Below are positions 61,704 through 64,000 of a stretch of 64,000 nucleotides of DNA, one piece after another. Both the position numbers and the translations under genes were made by a program. This DNA comes from Burkholderiales bacterium (GTDB taxonomy: Bacteria; Pseudomonadota; Gammaproteobacteria; Burkholderiales; Usitatibacteraceae): NCBI GenBank assembly GCA_038244725.1, contig JBBRTF010000005.1, positions 6,336 to 70,335 on the forward strand, read 5' to 3'. Under the pieces are notes generated by a model. The model searched no databases, had not been told where the DNA came from, and was given only the letters and a program-made list of their open reading frames with translations. The number at the start of each line of letters is the position of its first letter. Position 1 is the first letter of the stretch.

Positions 61704-64000
61704 GCGTCGTCCTTCACGGCGAGGACGGCTTCCTTGCGCACCGCGAGCGCCGCGCTCACGCGCGCGCCGATCGCGCACATGACGACGACCGAGGCGGCCA
61801 GCGCGACGAGCGTGGCGACGGGCCAATGCACGGTGAGGCTCCAATGGAACGACTGGCGATTCACGACGTGGACCAGTACCAGGCTCACCGCGATGCCGCA
61901 CACGAGGCCGAGCGCCGCGCCGAGCGCCCCGGTGGCCGCCCCCTCGAGCGCGATGAGGCCGAGCACCTCGCCGCGCGTGAGGCCGAGGAAGCGCAGCACG
62001 CCGAACTCGCGCCGCCGCGACCAGGCGAGCGCCGCGAAGCTCGACGTGACCCCTGCGAGCCCGATCACGATGGCGATCGCCTCCAGCGCGTAGGTGACCG
62101 CAAAGCTGCGGTCGAAGATCTCGAGCGAACGGCGGCGAAGGTGGGCGGCGTCCTCGAAAGCGAGGCCCCGCGAGCGAGGCAACGCCGCCCGGATCGCGGC
62201 CTCGCCCTGCGAAGCGTCGACGCCGCGCGTGAGGTGCACCGCGAGGTCGTTGGCCATCGCGTCGCCGGTGAGAGCCCGGTAGCGCTCGGCCGGGATCAGC
62301 ACCGCGCCCCACGTGCGCGCGTAGTCGCGGATCACGCCCGCGACCCGCAACGGCGTATCGCGACCGGCGATCGGCAGCCGGATGCGATCGCCCGCCTTCC
62401 AGCCGTGCAGGTCGCGCGCCGCTTCCGAGACCCAGACGGGAATCTCGTCTCCAGTGTCGGGCACTCCGCGCGGCACCGCCTGGAAGCCGTCGAGGATGCG
62501 CGCGTTGATCGGCCGCGCGATGAGCGTGACGGGAGGAGCGTCGGCATCGAGGACCAGGCGATCGAAGCGCAGCGGCTCGACCGAGGCCACTTGCGGCAGC
62601 GCCTCGACGGCGCGCAGGTCTTCGGCGGAGAAGGCGCTGGCCGCCGCGGGCGAGCGCACATAGAGGTCCGCGCCCACCACGCCCAGGAGCCAGTCCTCGA
62701 GCGACACGCGAAACGAGAACACCATGATCGCCATGGCCGCGCACAGCGACGCGCTCACCACGATCCCGGCGACGCTCGCGGCCAGATGGCCGGGAAGGTG
62801 GCGCACCTGCTCGAGCGCGAGGCTCGCCACGGGAGCGTCCGGGGGGGCGATGCGCGTGAGGATCGCGCGGCAGAGCGGACCGACGGCGGCCACCGATGCG
62901 CCGAGCCACGCGGCGATCGCACCGTAGCCGCCCAACGGCAGGCCGGCGACCGGCGGCACGAAGAGAAGCGGGACGCCGAGGATCGCGAGGGCGAGCGCAA
63001 GCCTCGCGCCGCCGGCCGAGGCCTGCGGAAGGTCCATCGCGCGATCGCGAAGGGCGTCCGCGACCTCGATCCGCCCGACGGCTCGCGCGACCCAAAGCGC
63101 GCCGGCGACGGACATGCCGATGCCGAGCGCGGCGATGAATGCGAGCGCCGGCACGTCCGCGGTGAAGCTCGCGCTGGAAGCGCTGAAGAATCCCGCGCCC
63201 AGGTCGCCTCCCGCGCGCTCGAGGAGGAAGCGGCTCACCGCGAGACCCAGCACGGTTCCGATCGCCGATCCGGCCGCGCCGATGAGCGCGCCCTCGAGGA
63301 TGAGGAGCCGTGCCACGCCGCCGCGCGTCACGCCCAGCGCGCGCAGGAGCGCGAACTCCTGGCGCCGCCGCGCCGCCTGCAATGCGAGCGTCGAGAAGAC
63401 GAGGAAGGCGCCGGTGGCGAGCGCGACGAGCGCGAGCGCGTCGAGGTTCACGCGGTAGGCGCGGGTGATGGCCGCGGCGCGACCGGAAAGGGAAGCGGCG
63501 CCGGAGGCCACGACGCCGGCCGGAAGGATGCGAGCGGCCTCGGCGCGAAAATGCTCCGCGTCGACTCCGGGGCGAAGCCTCACGTCGATGCGCGAGATCG
63601 AGCCCACGCGCCCGAAGAGACTCTGCGCCGCCGCGATGTCCATCACGCCGAGCTCGCCGCCTGCCTCAAGGCCCGCGAGGATGCCGGCCACCCGCAGCTC
63701 GAGGATGGCCTTGCCCGCGGCGACTCGCAGCGTCGATCCTTCGCGCGCCGCGAGCCGCGCCGAGGCCGCGGGCGAGAGCCAGATCGCGGCCGGGTCGAAT
63801 AGACGCGCGACGCTGCCGGCGCCGGTCTTCGCGGCGTCCACCACGAAGGCCGGTTGCAGGCGCACGGCGCGCAGCGCGTCGATGCCGAGGATGCGCAGGA
63901 CCTGCGGCCCGCCGGAGACCGCGGCCTCGATCTCCACCACCGGGCTCGCCGCGGCTACGCCGGGAAGGGAGGCGAGGCGAGCGAAGGCGGCGTCGTCGAA
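61700..64000 (-). CDS. ABC-transporter permease with two FtsX domains (AttF/G- or YbbP-like); N-terminus off the right edge
   Basis: Two FtsX blocks (EFALLRALGVTRGGV..., EFGVLRFLGLTRGEV...). The reading frame stays open to nt 64000 (FDDAAFARLASLPGVAAASPVVEIEA...). Confidence 0.8.
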   Translation of the reverse strand, partial: FDDAAFARLASLPGVAAASPVVEIEAAVSGGPQVLRILGIDALRAVRLQPAFVVDAAKTGAGSVARLFDPAAIWLSPAASARLAAREGSTLRVAAGKAILELRVAGILAGLEAGGELGVMDIAAAQSLFGRVGSISRIDVRLRPGVDAEHFRAEAARILPAGVVASGAASLSGRAAAITRAYRVNLDALALVALATGAFLVFSTLALQAARRRQEFALLRALGVTRGGVARLLILEGALIGAAGSAIGTVLGLAVSRFLLERAGGDLGAGFFSASSASFTADVPALAFIAALGIGMSVAGALWVARAVGRIEVADALRDRAMDLPQASAGGARLALALAILGVPLLFVPPVAGLPLGGYGAIAAWLGASVAAVGPLCRAILTRIAPPDAPVASLALEQVRHLPGHLAASVAGIVVSASLCAAMAIMVFSFRVSLEDWLLGVVGADLYVRSPAAASAFSAEDLRAVEALPQVASVEPLRFDRLVLDADAPPVTLIARPINARILDGFQAVPRGVPDTGDEIPVWVSEAARDLHGWKAGDRIRLPIAGRDTPLRVAGVIRDYARTWGAVLIPAERYRALTGDAMANDLAVHLTRGVDASQGEAAIRAALPRSRGLAFEDAAHLRRRSLEIFDRSFAVTYALEAIAIVIGLAGVTSSFAALAWSRRREFGVLRFLGLTRGEVLGLIALEGAATGALGAALGLVCGIAVSLVLVHVVNRQSFHWSLTVHWPVATLVALAASVVVMCAIGARVSAALAVRKEAVLAVKDDA

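Noticed and set aside
60651-63095. 814-aa ORF as one protein
   Set aside because: Only the last 350 codons (AttH-like, starting at a signal peptide) are credible. The upstream part is an out-of-frame shadow of the same-strand FtsX permease gene.
1-64000. CRISPR arrays, rRNA, tRNA, tmRNA, IS elements, prophage blocks, toxin-antitoxin or known defence systems
   Set aside because: I scanned by eye for regularly spaced repeats, T-loop-like GGTTCGAATCC motifs, and transposase/integrase/nuclease/helicase-like ORFs. None was found. An eye scan can miss divergent elements, so tRNAscan-SE, Infernal, ISEScan and DefenseFinder should be run.

Overview
This is a high-G+C chromosomal segment of proteobacterial type. 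Hand counts on typical 60-nt lines give 70-75% G+C. I count about 70 credible protein-coding genes. I recognise no rRNA, tRNA, CRISPR array, transposase or integrase. Most of the very long ORFs in the track are Arg/Ala/Pro/Gly-rich antisense shadows. Real genes were chosen by protein-like composition, family motifs, signal peptides, Shine-Dalgarno (SD) sites and recurrent 4-nt ATGA start/stop overlaps.

Gene content from left to right:
- A partial MBL-fold hydrolase.
- A TetR regulator, a single-frame alpha/beta-hydrolase-glycosyltransferase fusion and an MddA-like membrane methyltransferase.
- gpx, cysK and an 8-Cys protein, then ggt and an ABC1 kinase.
- A sensor GGDEF-EAL protein, a porin and a mini-PBP in one operon.
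- A two-TM membrane protein with a J-like domain (no HPD) and a trypsin-like domain with Thr at the nucleophile position.
- An AT-richer patch (about 16.5-21.5 kb). It holds a Cys-rich secreted protein, a NodB-deacetylase-methyltransferase fusion, two head-to-head 5'-truncated gene remnants and a DUF3494/IPTL-CTERM surface protein.
- A stress cluster (beta/gamma-crystallin x2, BON, ElaB, DUF3014), then prfC.
- A frameshifted response regulator next to a secreted His/Cys-dyad + HEAT-like protein.
- An NHL protein, an S10 peptidase with EF-hands, and an orphan MerR.
- A LamG membrane protein, an unknown protein, and a large S1 protease with 2 PPC domains and a duplicated novel C-terminal domain. 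A third, broken stand-alone copy of that domain follows.
- Two CsbD genes flanking a YkgJ gene.
- Decayed YjbR and VOC genes, then mpg.
- A PAP2 / lipid kinase / metallophosphoesterase operon.
- A frameshifted SBP, nudC, an internally deleted sodC, an FMN reductase, a CDF transporter and a dehydratase.
- A second AT-rich patch with a gene remnant and a beta-helix protein.
- cls, TauE and a TRAP-ECH-CoA-transferase operon, then an MFS transporter.
- An acyltransferase-3, an AttH-like lipocalin and a partial FtsX permease.

I saw no canonical defence system or mobile element. The best candidates for something undescribed are the J-like/pseudo-protease gene with its decayed paralogue and the adjacent AT-rich surface-protein patch, the LamG/unknown/protease cluster with the repeated C-terminal domain, and the TetR-controlled hydrolase-GT fusion operon.

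The density of frameshifts and in-frame losses is unusually high. This must be separated from assembly error before interpretation. All family assignments come from motif recall, not from searches.
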